IMG/VR virus record: IMGVR_UViG_3300032092_000008
DNA: 56,447 nucleotides
Origin: an uncultured virus (IMG/VR IMGVR_UViG_3300032092_000008)
Taxonomy: Duplodnaviria > Heunggongvirae > Uroviricota > Caudoviricetes
Reading direction: 5' to 3' (one strand)
A program made the translations under genes and the position numbers. The notes under the pieces are model-generated. The model was not told the origin of the DNA and searched no databases. It saw nothing but the letters and a program-made list of their open reading frames with translations. Shown here in pieces: positions 48,094-55,569 of this stretch. Numbering within the stretch: position 1 is the stretch's first letter; every line of letters begins with the position of its first letter.

Positions 48094-49307
48094 AGAAGCT
48101 CGTATTTAAGTTTATCACCGGCTGGTACAACTAATACAGTAGCATCCTCGAATGCTAAAATCAATTTCTTTGCTTTCGTTATTGTGGTATATGTATAGGC
48201 GTCGTCCATAATATCTAAGGCGTTAACTAAATCTGTAAATGATATATCTTCCATGAAATCTAAAAACGATTCACCGGACTTAACCGTGTAATCTGAATCC
48301 TCTCCGTCATATGAACCACTATCACGTTCAAATGGATCCAGTCTATCAATCTTTTCATCTATCTTGTAATCTATATAAGCAATATTCAGTGTTCCTTCGC
48401 GGAAATTTAATCCTTTTGCAAAGCGCGCTAATTTAGCTACAGTTGGTGGAATTTCATTACGAAATGCTACAAATGAACCAATGACATTACTTACAAATCC
48501 TTTATCAGCAACATCTCGCTCATCAGCTGGTAACACTATTAATTGCCTCTCTGACTCACTTCCGCCACCCCAACTAGATGGGTGTTTAACTGTATAACAA
48601 AATAGTTTTGCAATCTTTGGCATATGATACATCCACATTTTTTGACTGCCTTGATATAAAGTATTATCACTTTCCAATGTACCATAATAGTATAATAAAG
48701 TGTCATATAAGAATTTACCATAACCAGCACCTTTATATTCCTGAGCTAGGTTACTCCAATGTACTACTTTGGAATCGATGCCGTATGCACGTTGCATGCT
48801 ATATTTGCCTCTACTAGTACTAGTTTTAATTTCACCAACGTATGCAGTTTTTGCCGGCTCGTCTAGTTTCCAAAGTGTATGTACTGTATAAGAATAATCG
48901 TTAAAGGCTGTTATGTATAAACTGCCTTGACTGTCAATGGCTTCGCTTTTTATTGCAGCTTGAATTCTACCGTCTAATGGACTGTTCGCAACAGTAGGAT
49001 CTTTATACCAACGTTCGCTATCATCCCATGAGTTTACAGCTTTATCGCCATATAGTTTTATAAGTGCCTTGGTAATCTTAGAATTATCACGCTGCCTAGC
49101 AAAGTTAGAAAATAGTTGCATGCTATACTCTTTATCAGCATCGCCAGTCATCAAACTAATTTCATCTAGTTCTTCTTGCTCTTTGATAGGAACACAGTTA
49201 GGAACCTTACGGCCTCCCTTGTCTTTCATTCCAATTTGCTCATATCCTTTCCAACATGCTTCGTTGATAACTTCATTGGCTAGTTGTGATAGTAATTTAC
49301 GTTTCAT
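48090..49307 (-). CDS. Putative head-packaged GNAT acetyltransferase-domain protein
   Basis: Acetyl-CoA motif EYKGAGYGKFLY...LESD..LY..S..MW; leader ..EVINEA followed by CWKGY..GMKDKGGRKVPNCVP. Confidence 0.7.
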   Translation of the reverse strand: MKRKLLSQLANEVINEACWKGYEQIGMKDKGGRKVPNCVPIKEQEELDEISLMTGDADKEYSMQLFSNFARQRDNSKITKALIKLYGDKAVNSWDDSERWYKDPTVANSPLDGRIQAAIKSEAIDSQGSLYITAFNDYSYTVHTLWKLDEPAKTAYVGEIKTSTSRGKYSMQRAYGIDSKVVHWSNLAQEYKGAGYGKFLYDTLLYYYGTLESDNTLYQGSQKMWMYHMPKIAKLFCYTVKHPSSWGGGSESERQLIVLPADERDVADKGFVSNVIGSFVAFRNEIPPTVAKLARFAKGLNFREGTLNIAYIDYKIDEKIDRLDPFERDSGSYDGEDSDYTVKSGESFLDFMEDISFTDLVNALDIMDDAYTYTTITKAKKLILAFEDATVLVVPAGDKLKYELL

Positions 49308-49310
49308 ATG

Positions 49311-49580
49311 TTATTCCTGTGGCAATTCGTCTTCTGGTATAATTTCTTCATGCTCTTCAAATATCGGAGCAATGTCTTCTGGGTTATGTCCTAATGGCAA
49401 TGGTACCATTGGGATATTAGGACCCGGCTCACCAAAACATCCACCACCCGTGTTATCATCACTTGGACAACATTGTGTTGTATCTGTCGGATCTAAACAT
49501 GATTTACATGTACATGTATTCTTTGGGCCACACCCTGCGGCTACTAATACAATTGATAATATTGCAATTATTTTTTTCAT
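49311..49580 (-). CDS. Cys- and Pro-rich lipoprotein
   Basis: Signal MKKIIAILSIVLVAAG-C (lipobox); six further Cys; Pro/Glu-rich tail. Confidence 0.75.
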   Translation of the reverse strand: MKKIIAILSIVLVAAGCGPKNTCTCKSCLDPTDTTQCCPSDDNTGGGCFGEPGPNIPMVPLPLGHNPEDIAPIFEEHEEIIPEDELPQE

Positions 49581-49822
49581 TATGATATCTTTTTTAAATC
49601 CGATTCATGAAAATAGGCTAAACCTGATTTCATTCTAACCATGTAGTATTTACCAGAGGGTGCTTGGTCTTCAATAACACCAGTTTTATTATAGTCAGCT
49701 AGTTCAGGAGTCTTTACCTTAACCTTATCACCAACAGCAAATCCTTCTAGTATCGGAAACGCCTCATTGGTAATGTTGGCAATTTCCTCTCGGATAATTT
49801 TCTTTAGTTCTGATGCTTTCAT
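49580..49822 (-). CDS. Putative internal head protein with an SH3/KOW-like domain
   Basis: MKASELKKIIREEI leader; FAVGDKVKV..TGVI..YMVRM..FHESDL. Confidence 0.7.
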   Translation of the reverse strand: MKASELKKIIREEIANITNEAFPILEGFAVGDKVKVKTPELADYNKTGVIEDQAPSGKYYMVRMKSGLAYFHESDLKKIS

Positions 49823-49834
49823 ATTTTTACTTTA

Positions 49835-50203
49835 TTAATCTAGGTTTGCTCCTGGTTCGTCCATAGCAATGGCAAACTTCATTTTTTCCAAAGTCATGTT
49901 ACGAGTAATGCCCCAAACCTTTCCAGTTTTAACGTTTTTCACTGTTCTTTCACTTCTAGATGTTGAAGACTTAGTAGTGATAAATTGCGCGCCATCCCAG
50001 CTTCTTGTAAAAATAGCTTTATTACCTTGTACTTCTAAAGTTACTGATTTTATAGCTTGATCAACTATTTTATCAATTTGATTATTTAAAGCTTCGATTT
50101 TTGTATGTATTGCATCGATCTTTTCTGCAAAAGGATTCGAGGCTTCATTTATTGTTTTACTAATCTCTTCACGAATAAGATTTCTTAGTTCTGATTGTTT
50201 CAT
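49835..50203 (-). CDS. Putative internal head protein
   Basis: MKQSELRNLIREEISKTINEA leader. Confidence 0.7.
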   Translation of the reverse strand: MKQSELRNLIREEISKTINEASNPFAEKIDAIHTKIEALNNQIDKIVDQAIKSVTLEVQGNKAIFTRSWDGAQFITTKSSTSRSERTVKNVKTGKVWGITRNMTLEKMKFAIAMDEPGANLD

Positions 50204-50209
50204 ACTACT

Positions 50210-50854
50210 TTACTTTTTAGGAGTAATAACGATCTCACCTTTAGCATTGGTAGTAATAGTGTAATTCTTATCAAAGCCAGGAGTATTAACTAATTTAATA
50301 ACATCTACACCTTGAGCCTTCTTTTTATTTGCAATATTTGCTACTGGACCAGTCGTCTTATTTTTACCCATTGCTGCTAAAACTTTATCAACTGCTTTTG
50401 CTAAACGGTTATAAGCTTTTGCAAAATTGTTCATAGATTCAAACTCTGCAAAACAAGTATCTAAATCGCTTAAAGCCTCTTCAAGTTCACTAAATACAGA
50501 GTTAAGTTTAGAATCCTCGATCTGATCAGCATTCTCAGCATTCATCCAGATAACTTGATCCGCTCCGTACTTGTCAGTCATTTTATCAAGAAACTTTCCA
50601 AACGAATCATAATCACCTGCCAAAGCTTTAGGAAGTTTCACAATAACATCAATAGTATCTTTAACTTCAGACATTGATTTAGGGCATACGGATTCGCCAT
50701 CTAATTCTGGAAATAATTTAGTATCTGTAATTATTTCAGCAACGGCCGTCATCTTTTTCGCGTCGATAGCAGTTACCGTTGTTGAAGGATATCGGTTGCT
50801 AGGTCCTTCTACAACAGCTTCACGTATCAAGTTTTTTAATTTCATTTTTTTCAT
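50210..50854 (-). CDS. Putative internal head protein
   Basis: Start moved to ATG 50854 (AAGGA upstream); MKKMKLKNLIREAVVEG leader. Confidence 0.7.
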   Translation of the reverse strand: MKKMKLKNLIREAVVEGPSNRYPSTTVTAIDAKKMTAVAEIITDTKLFPELDGESVCPKSMSEVKDTIDVIVKLPKALAGDYDSFGKFLDKMTDKYGADQVIWMNAENADQIEDSKLNSVFSELEEALSDLDTCFAEFESMNNFAKAYNRLAKAVDKVLAAMGKNKTTGPVANIANKKKAQGVDVIKLVNTPGFDKNYTITTNAKGEIVITPKK

Positions 50855-50930
50855 TTTTATCCTTTTTATATCAATTAACGAGCCGCGCAGCGGCAACGCC
50901 GCAATTACGATGCTCATGAACATCTTTTTA

Positions 50931-50938
50931 ATAAATAT
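50931..50938 (-). promoter_or_regulatory. Putative late promoter ATATTTAT with a structured leader
   Basis: About 77 nt upstream of ATG 50854, with a GC-rich hairpin in between. Confidence 0.65.
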
Positions 50939-50961
50939 GCACTTCTACCCGGAACTTACGT

Positions 50962-51354
50962 TTAAATACCGGCCGGAAAACCGGTTACAAAAAGCTGTTC
51001 CGGTATGGCAAATTGCACGGGGCGACCATGTCGTGCACGCATATCCAGATCATCTCGTGTGTCCACCATTAGGAATCTGTATTCCATTCCCATGGGATGT
51101 GGCTCGGTGACATGTGCGTAACAAAATGGTATGCTTCGCTCGGTGTCTCGGTTCTGGAGTATTATGGTGGCCATGCCATACACAAGATCTCGTTGTGTTA
51201 CAGTGCCGCCTACCGTGTTCATGTGGTTGGGTATGCGTTCCAGACGCAGCACGCCTTCTTCCGGATCCCATGCGCATGCACTTATGAGTAAGTACCATAC
51301 CTTTGGCTTACGCACTATGCCATTGCGGCGATCAAGTTGTTCTTGCAGAGTCAT
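50962..51354 (-). CDS. Hypothetical protein (GC-rich segment)
   Basis: 130 aa; ATGA-coupled to the upstream gene. Confidence 0.55.
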   Translation of the reverse strand: MTLQEQLDRRNGIVRKPKVWYLLISACAWDPEEGVLRLERIPNHMNTVGGTVTQRDLVYGMATIILQNRDTERSIPFCYAHVTEPHPMGMEYRFLMVDTRDDLDMRARHGRPVQFAIPEQLFVTGFPAGI

Positions 51355-51824
51355 GCGCTTAAGATTGGAATGTTACTATCTTGAATCCAATCTGTAAGAT
51401 CATCAGCGTCACTGAATAGGCGCACATGATATTGCTCACCTGCAATAAGACTGGACCAATGGCTAACGTTATTCATGTCACTGTAACCTATATAACGAAA
51501 TTCCTGAGTGGTCTGTGATCCGCGTAGTCGTAGGCTATGCTCACAATTGGCTACCTTTTGATGCTGGTGATGGCTGCAATGATCGGCTGGAAAAAAGTCC
51601 TCCAGGCTTAGGTAGAAGGTCCGGGTGTTGGGATCGTAATGGTGACGGCCCGCCTTAAGGGAAGCATGGAATGGGGTTGGTTTTGTGTTCAGCGCCGGGA
51701 TCAGGTCATCGGTGGGAGCATTGCCCGAATAGGTTATGAGTTGGTGTATGCCAGCTCCATGTTCCCGTTGCATGAAATCTTCAAGAGCGGCTAGATCCAG
51801 TCCTTCTAGTAAATTAGGTTCCAT
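51351..51824 (-). CDS. Hypothetical protein (GC-rich segment)
   Basis: Start moved to MEPNLL at 51824 because the ORF-track start lies inside a host-type promoter. Confidence 0.6.
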   Translation of the reverse strand: MEPNLLEGLDLAALEDFMQREHGAGIHQLITYSGNAPTDDLIPALNTKPTPFHASLKAGRHHYDPNTRTFYLSLEDFFPADHCSHHQHQKVANCEHSLRLRGSQTTQEFRYIGYSDMNNVSHWSSLIAGEQYHVRLFSDADDLTDWIQDSNIPILSA

Positions 51825-51847
51825 AATGTTTTTATTTTTTAATACTA

Positions 51848-51879
51848 TAAATTTAAGTGGTATTGCGCGTATATACAAA
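51848..51879 (-). promoter_or_regulatory. Bacteroidota-type housekeeping promoter
   Basis: TTTG-N20-TAAATTTA. Confidence 0.7.
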
Positions 51880-52011
51880 TTTAAGTTAGCTAAAGACGAT
51901 AATAGTACCTATTCCCTACTAGGGAGGCTAGACGCAGTCTATCCTTCACAGACCGGGGGCTATAGCAAAAAAATCTTGTCCTCGATGAAAATCGGTAATA
52001 GAGCCCCTTAA

Positions 52012-52110
52012 AACCAGTATACCCCCTATATGTTAACGATAACCGGTATATCCCCCTATATACCCCATATATGGGTGCTTTTGGGGGGTTTTGGGCGGGT
52101 ATTACTGGTT
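52012..52110. repeat. Cluster of direct and inverted repeats with poly-C/poly-G runs
   Basis: AACCAGTATACCCCCTATAT (52012) and AACCGGTATATCCCCCTATAT (52041); palindrome CCCATATATGGG (52064-52075); GGGTATTACTGGTT (52097-52110) is a near-perfect inverted copy of 52012-52024. Confidence 0.75.
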
Positions 52111-52139
52111 ATGCCTAGGTATGCCCTGGTTCTAGGGTA

Positions 52140-52565
52140 TTACCTATTCGGGTACCTAATCCTATAATCATTCATCATATGACGGTAATATCGCTCATGA
52201 CTTCGAGCATGTACCTCATATGGATGGTCCAGATAACCAAAACGCTTGGCTAGCTTCCAATACCTGGATCGGGTAGGCTGAAGACTATGCTGGTACTCAT
52301 GTATATAAGTAGCTAATAGCTCTTTCATGCTCTTTATATGGGATAGGTTCATGCATATCATATTCATCTTATCATTGTAATAGCCTATATATGTATCATC
52401 TTCATCCGCATAGCAATTATATGAAATAGCATACTTCTTTCTGCCGTTAACTCCAAAGTGTTCTTTACACCAACGCTGAGCATAGTTCAGTAGGTGCGTC
52501 CTGCGCATGGTATCATAGTTATGCGGGCCGGAACTTAATTTGATTTTTGTATTATGTAGTGCCAT
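52140..52565 (-). CDS. Zincin-like HExxH metallopeptidase
   Basis: IGYY...I.MN...TYIHEYQHSLQ...YLDHPYEVHAR. Confidence 0.8.
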   Translation of the reverse strand: MALHNTKIKLSSGPHNYDTMRRTHLLNYAQRWCKEHFGVNGRKKYAISYNCYADEDDTYIGYYNDKMNMICMNLSHIKSMKELLATYIHEYQHSLQPTRSRYWKLAKRFGYLDHPYEVHARSHERYYRHMMNDYRIRYPNR

Positions 52566-52693
52566 TATTGTAATCCTATTGCGTTACCAATCCATACTAC
52601 TATATAAAACCCAGCGAACATCGCGGCTATGGTTATGAATGCTATTGCGGCCTCCTTAGGATTAGCCTTCAAGGTATTAAATATCTCTTTCAT
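52565..52693 (-). CDS. 42-aa single-TM protein (absent from the ORF track)
   Basis: MKEIFNTLKANPKEAAIAFITIAAMFAGFYIVVWIGNAIGLQ; TAATG-coupled to the peptidase. Confidence 0.7.
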   Translation of the reverse strand: MKEIFNTLKANPKEAAIAFITIAAMFAGFYIVVWIGNAIGLQ

Positions 52694-52694
52694 G

Positions 52695-52892
52695 TTATTG
52701 GTATTTACTAATTATTATTTCATTTAGATATCCTTCTACAGTATGGCCGTTCTCGAGGAATCCACCTGGATCGAATATAGCAGGATCGGTTGGTATCCAT
52801 CGGATATTACCGATGCTGTTTCTCCATAGCTTAACCTCTACCAATAAACCGGAGATCATGATCTCGGTCTGGCCTAAATAAATTGCTTCCAT
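52695..52892 (-). CDS. Hypothetical early protein
   Basis: 65-aa ORF in the packed array. Confidence 0.6.
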   Translation of the reverse strand: MEAIYLGQTEIMISGLLVEVKLWRNSIGNIRWIPTDPAIFDPGGFLENGHTVEGYLNEIIISKYQ

Positions 52893-52896
52893 ATGA

Positions 52897-53238
52897 TTAT
52901 TGATTAGCAGGTGTTACTCGATATATAAGGCTGAAATCATATCGGCTGAACTCAGCTACTACCGTATAACCAAACATGGCTTTGAGCTTGGGAGCCATAC
53001 CATTAATTAGCTTATAGGCATCTAAAAGGCGATGCTTGTTCTCGGTATCGGTAACTGGATCATATACGGTATAATTCCAATCCGGCATATAGTACTTGTA
53101 TCGCCAGGCGTTCTTACGGCCGTTCTTTGTATACCAATGATAGCCTTCGCTGATCTTCCGTACGCTCTTAATAGCGCCTACCTCGTTCTTTACAATCGCG
53201 CGGATATAGGCCGCCACCTCTTGTGCTGTTTTATTCAT
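52897..53238 (-). CDS. Hypothetical early protein
   Basis: ORF; first ATG at 53238 (the track start at 53244 is TTG). Confidence 0.6.
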   Translation of the reverse strand: MNKTAQEVAAYIRAIVKNEVGAIKSVRKISEGYHWYTKNGRKNAWRYKYYMPDWNYTVYDPVTDTENKHRLLDAYKLINGMAPKLKAMFGYTVVAEFSRYDFSLIYRVTPANQ

Positions 53239-53244
53239 ATTCAA

Positions 53245-53418
53245 TTAGTATTTAATAATGTCTTTGCGTCGTCCTAAGGCTCTTACGGATAGGATCTTTT
53301 TCATGGCAGCTTCTGCGGCTTCGGCCGGTACCAATTCCAATGTATCGCATGCGAATTGGTAATATGATTCATATAGTACAGCTTCAGCGCTGGTTAATTT
53401 AATCATAGGCATATTCAT
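53245..53418 (-). CDS. Small hypothetical protein (57 aa, absent from the ORF track)
   Basis: MNMPMIKLTSAEAVLYESYYQFACDTLELVPAEAAEAAMKKILSVRALGRRKDIIKY; ATGA overlap and AGGAGG upstream. Confidence 0.7.
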   Translation of the reverse strand: MNMPMIKLTSAEAVLYESYYQFACDTLELVPAEAAEAAMKKILSVRALGRRKDIIKY

Positions 53419-53852
53419 ATTGCTACCTCCTCTACTTGATTCTTTTGGAAAGCCTTAGCAGCCCAATTCTTAGCTCCTACAACTATATATTGAGCTAGAC
53501 TATATAATGCCGTAGTACCTAACTCCTGGTTGATATCACGAACCTCCATATCAATCAACAATTGTTCTGCCGCCCAAACCTTCTTACCCATACGAGCATA
53601 CATTGTAAAGGTGCTACCATTCTCCATAACAATCTCCAGGCTCTGCAATGCCTTGGGTTGATATCTACGGAAGGCTTCAATTGGACTATGGGCATATGCT
53701 TCAGAGGTACATAAGAACCCGGCTTGGCATTTGGCAATGGCTCTATATAATTTACGACCCGCAAACCGTTCTGGTCTAAGATCACCATTGCAATGGTTAA
53801 AAACCGTCAAACCCTCTCTACGAACTACTACTAACTTTTCCATATTTTTCAT
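53415..53852 (-). CDS. Hypothetical early protein
   Basis: 145-aa ORF with an A-rich leader. Confidence 0.7.
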   Translation of the reverse strand: MKNMEKLVVVRREGLTVFNHCNGDLRPERFAGRKLYRAIAKCQAGFLCTSEAYAHSPIEAFRRYQPKALQSLEIVMENGSTFTMYARMGKKVWAAEQLLIDMEVRDINQELGTTALYSLAQYIVVGAKNWAAKAFQKNQVEEVAI

Positions 53853-53926
53853 TTTTTAATTATTACTTTTTAATAAACCTGGTCGCTGTATACCTATGGT
53901 CGACCAACCATGCTCCGGCTACAACC

Positions 53927-54190
53927 TTATTTTTTCAAGGTTAAGGCCACATACTTGCCATCCACAATCTTATGAGGCACCCCATTGATATTAACATACT
54001 TTGGAAATTGGGCTACCGGATCGGCAACCAAACCATTGTTACGGTTGAACTTCTGGGGACGGCCTACCTTATTACTAAGGCTCGTATTGAACTCCTTAAG
54101 GGCTTCAGCGGGTGAAACACTACCCAATTGCTTACGGGTTCTTTTACCAGGAAAATACAGGTTACGGTTTTTTAAGGTTGATGCACTCAT
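53927..54190 (-). CDS. Basic hypothetical early protein
   Basis: 87 aa; behind a host-type -7 element. Confidence 0.65.
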   Translation of the reverse strand: MSASTLKNRNLYFPGKRTRKQLGSVSPAEALKEFNTSLSNKVGRPQKFNRNNGLVADPVAQFPKYVNINGVPHKIVDGKYVALTLKK

Positions 54191-54212
54191 ATTCTATCTT
54201 ATTATTATTTCA

Positions 54213-54244
54213 TAAAGATATGAACAAAATCCTTGAAATCCTAG
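54213..54244 (-). promoter_or_regulatory. Host-type promoter, -7 element only
   Basis: TATCTTTA, identical to the uvsE -7 element; the -33 position is degenerate. Confidence 0.45.
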
Positions 54245-54596
54245 AAAAATGTTGAAAATGTTACTTGTGCACCGATAAAGTACTAGTACTCAGTAAGTTA
54301 ACGCTGCGTCGAGGCCCATTTTGGGTGACTCTATTACCGTTCATTTAAAGAACTCCAGGGCAAAACTGGTATTCTGGTACCTGGCTACTTGGGAGATAGT
54401 TGTAATTGAACGGTTATATAGGAAAAAACTTATAAAAAAATTTGTTTCAGACAGAAAAATTCGTAATCTGTATCTCCCTATTTCCCAATCCTTTGCTCCG
54501 CTCTCGTTAATCCTATACCAGTAACGCTGAAATTAAACAGGAACACTTCGTCCTATGGCTCCTAGGCTCTGGTATCTGGATCGTCAGGTGCTAGGA

Positions 54597-55178
54597 CTAA
54601 TGGGTTAACAGCCACCAAACAGCTGCTACTGTGACTATCCCTAGGAATGCTGCTAATAAAGCAATAGCACTTATTAATTTATGCTCTCTTAGGAGATAAT
54701 CACTCTTACTTGCTATAGGCTTAGCATCATCTGTATTATCTATATTCACATCCCATTTCAATCTATCTTTATGCTCTGTATAATCTATTGCAATGCTATT
54801 CTTACTATTAGCATTATCTGTTACTGTAGCAATATTATCATTAGCGGTAATATTAGCATCTTCGATGGCCGACTTCTTCGGCTCGGTCCATTTGGGCAAG
54901 GCAGGTAATCCTATTTGATCAATTCCTCGTTCCGTTGCAGATAATGCTTTGGCCGTTTCCCATGCAATTGTTTTCGTGTCCCGCTTGGATTTGGGTTTAC
55001 CTTTTCCTTTACCCTTTGGCTTACGCGACTCTGTCGCAATGGTCGAGTCCGTAGTGGATCCGTTAGGATCTGCGGAGGGCGAGACATTCGGACCTGCCGC
55101 GGCATTATCGGCTGGATTCTTTTTGGGTCGGCGTTTGTAATAACGTCTTTTGTTTTTTGGTTTGTTTTCGTTTTCCAT
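54597..55178 (-). CDS. Tail-anchored membrane protein with a basic disordered N-terminus
   Basis: KRRYYKRRPKK and KPKGKGKGKPK; C-terminal TM helix LISAIALLAAFLGIVTVAAVWWL. Confidence 0.65.
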   Translation of the reverse strand: MENENKPKNKRRYYKRRPKKNPADNAAAGPNVSPSADPNGSTTDSTIATESRKPKGKGKGKPKSKRDTKTIAWETAKALSATERGIDQIGLPALPKWTEPKKSAIEDANITANDNIATVTDNANSKNSIAIDYTEHKDRLKWDVNIDNTDDAKPIASKSDYLLREHKLISAIALLAAFLGIVTVAAVWWLLTH

Positions 55179-55182
55179 ATTC

Positions 55183-55569
55183 TTATACTCCTAAGTTTTC
55201 TTTAATTAAATTGTTATAATGTTCGTACAAATGCTTCATTGCTTTTAACAAGCCGGGATCATCTTTATGAATGAGTATTTGTTGGGCCATGGCACTTCTG
55301 TATCTTATTAATACATCTACCCGTTCAATCATCTTCTGACGTTCTTCTTGGTTATCACATTTACCTAATAACGAAGCATACTCATACTGTTCTAGTTCTT
55401 GTTCATCTAACATATACAACTCTCTTGTTTTATATAATCCTAATTTTTCATCTTCATGCATCATCCGGATCAAAGCTTGTTTTTGTAATTCCTTATGGCC
55501 GGCCTTGCTTACTATGCCATGAGCATCATGATTGAATATAAACCGTATTAAATTAATTATTCTTTTCAT
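55183..55569 (-). CDS. Hypothetical protein
   Basis: Start moved to 55569 (ATGA overlap with the upstream small ORF). Confidence 0.65.
   Translation of the reverse strand: MKRIINLIRFIFNHDAHGIVSKAGHKELQKQALIRMMHEDEKLGLYKTRELYMLDEQELEQYEYASLLGKCDNQEERQKMIERVDVLIRYRSAMAQQILIHKDDPGLLKAMKHLYEHYNNLIKENLGV

Noticed and set aside
53878..53926. tRNA-like reading of the element ending GCGACCA
   Set aside because: Only about 50 nt, the CC is used in the stem, and there are no D or T arms
5669..55105. Short alternative-frame minus-strand ORFs nested in larger genes (5669, 9018, 23083, 25859, 36609, 48539, 51050, 53555, 54911)
   Set aside because: Fully nested out of frame, with no SD, promoter or protein motif support
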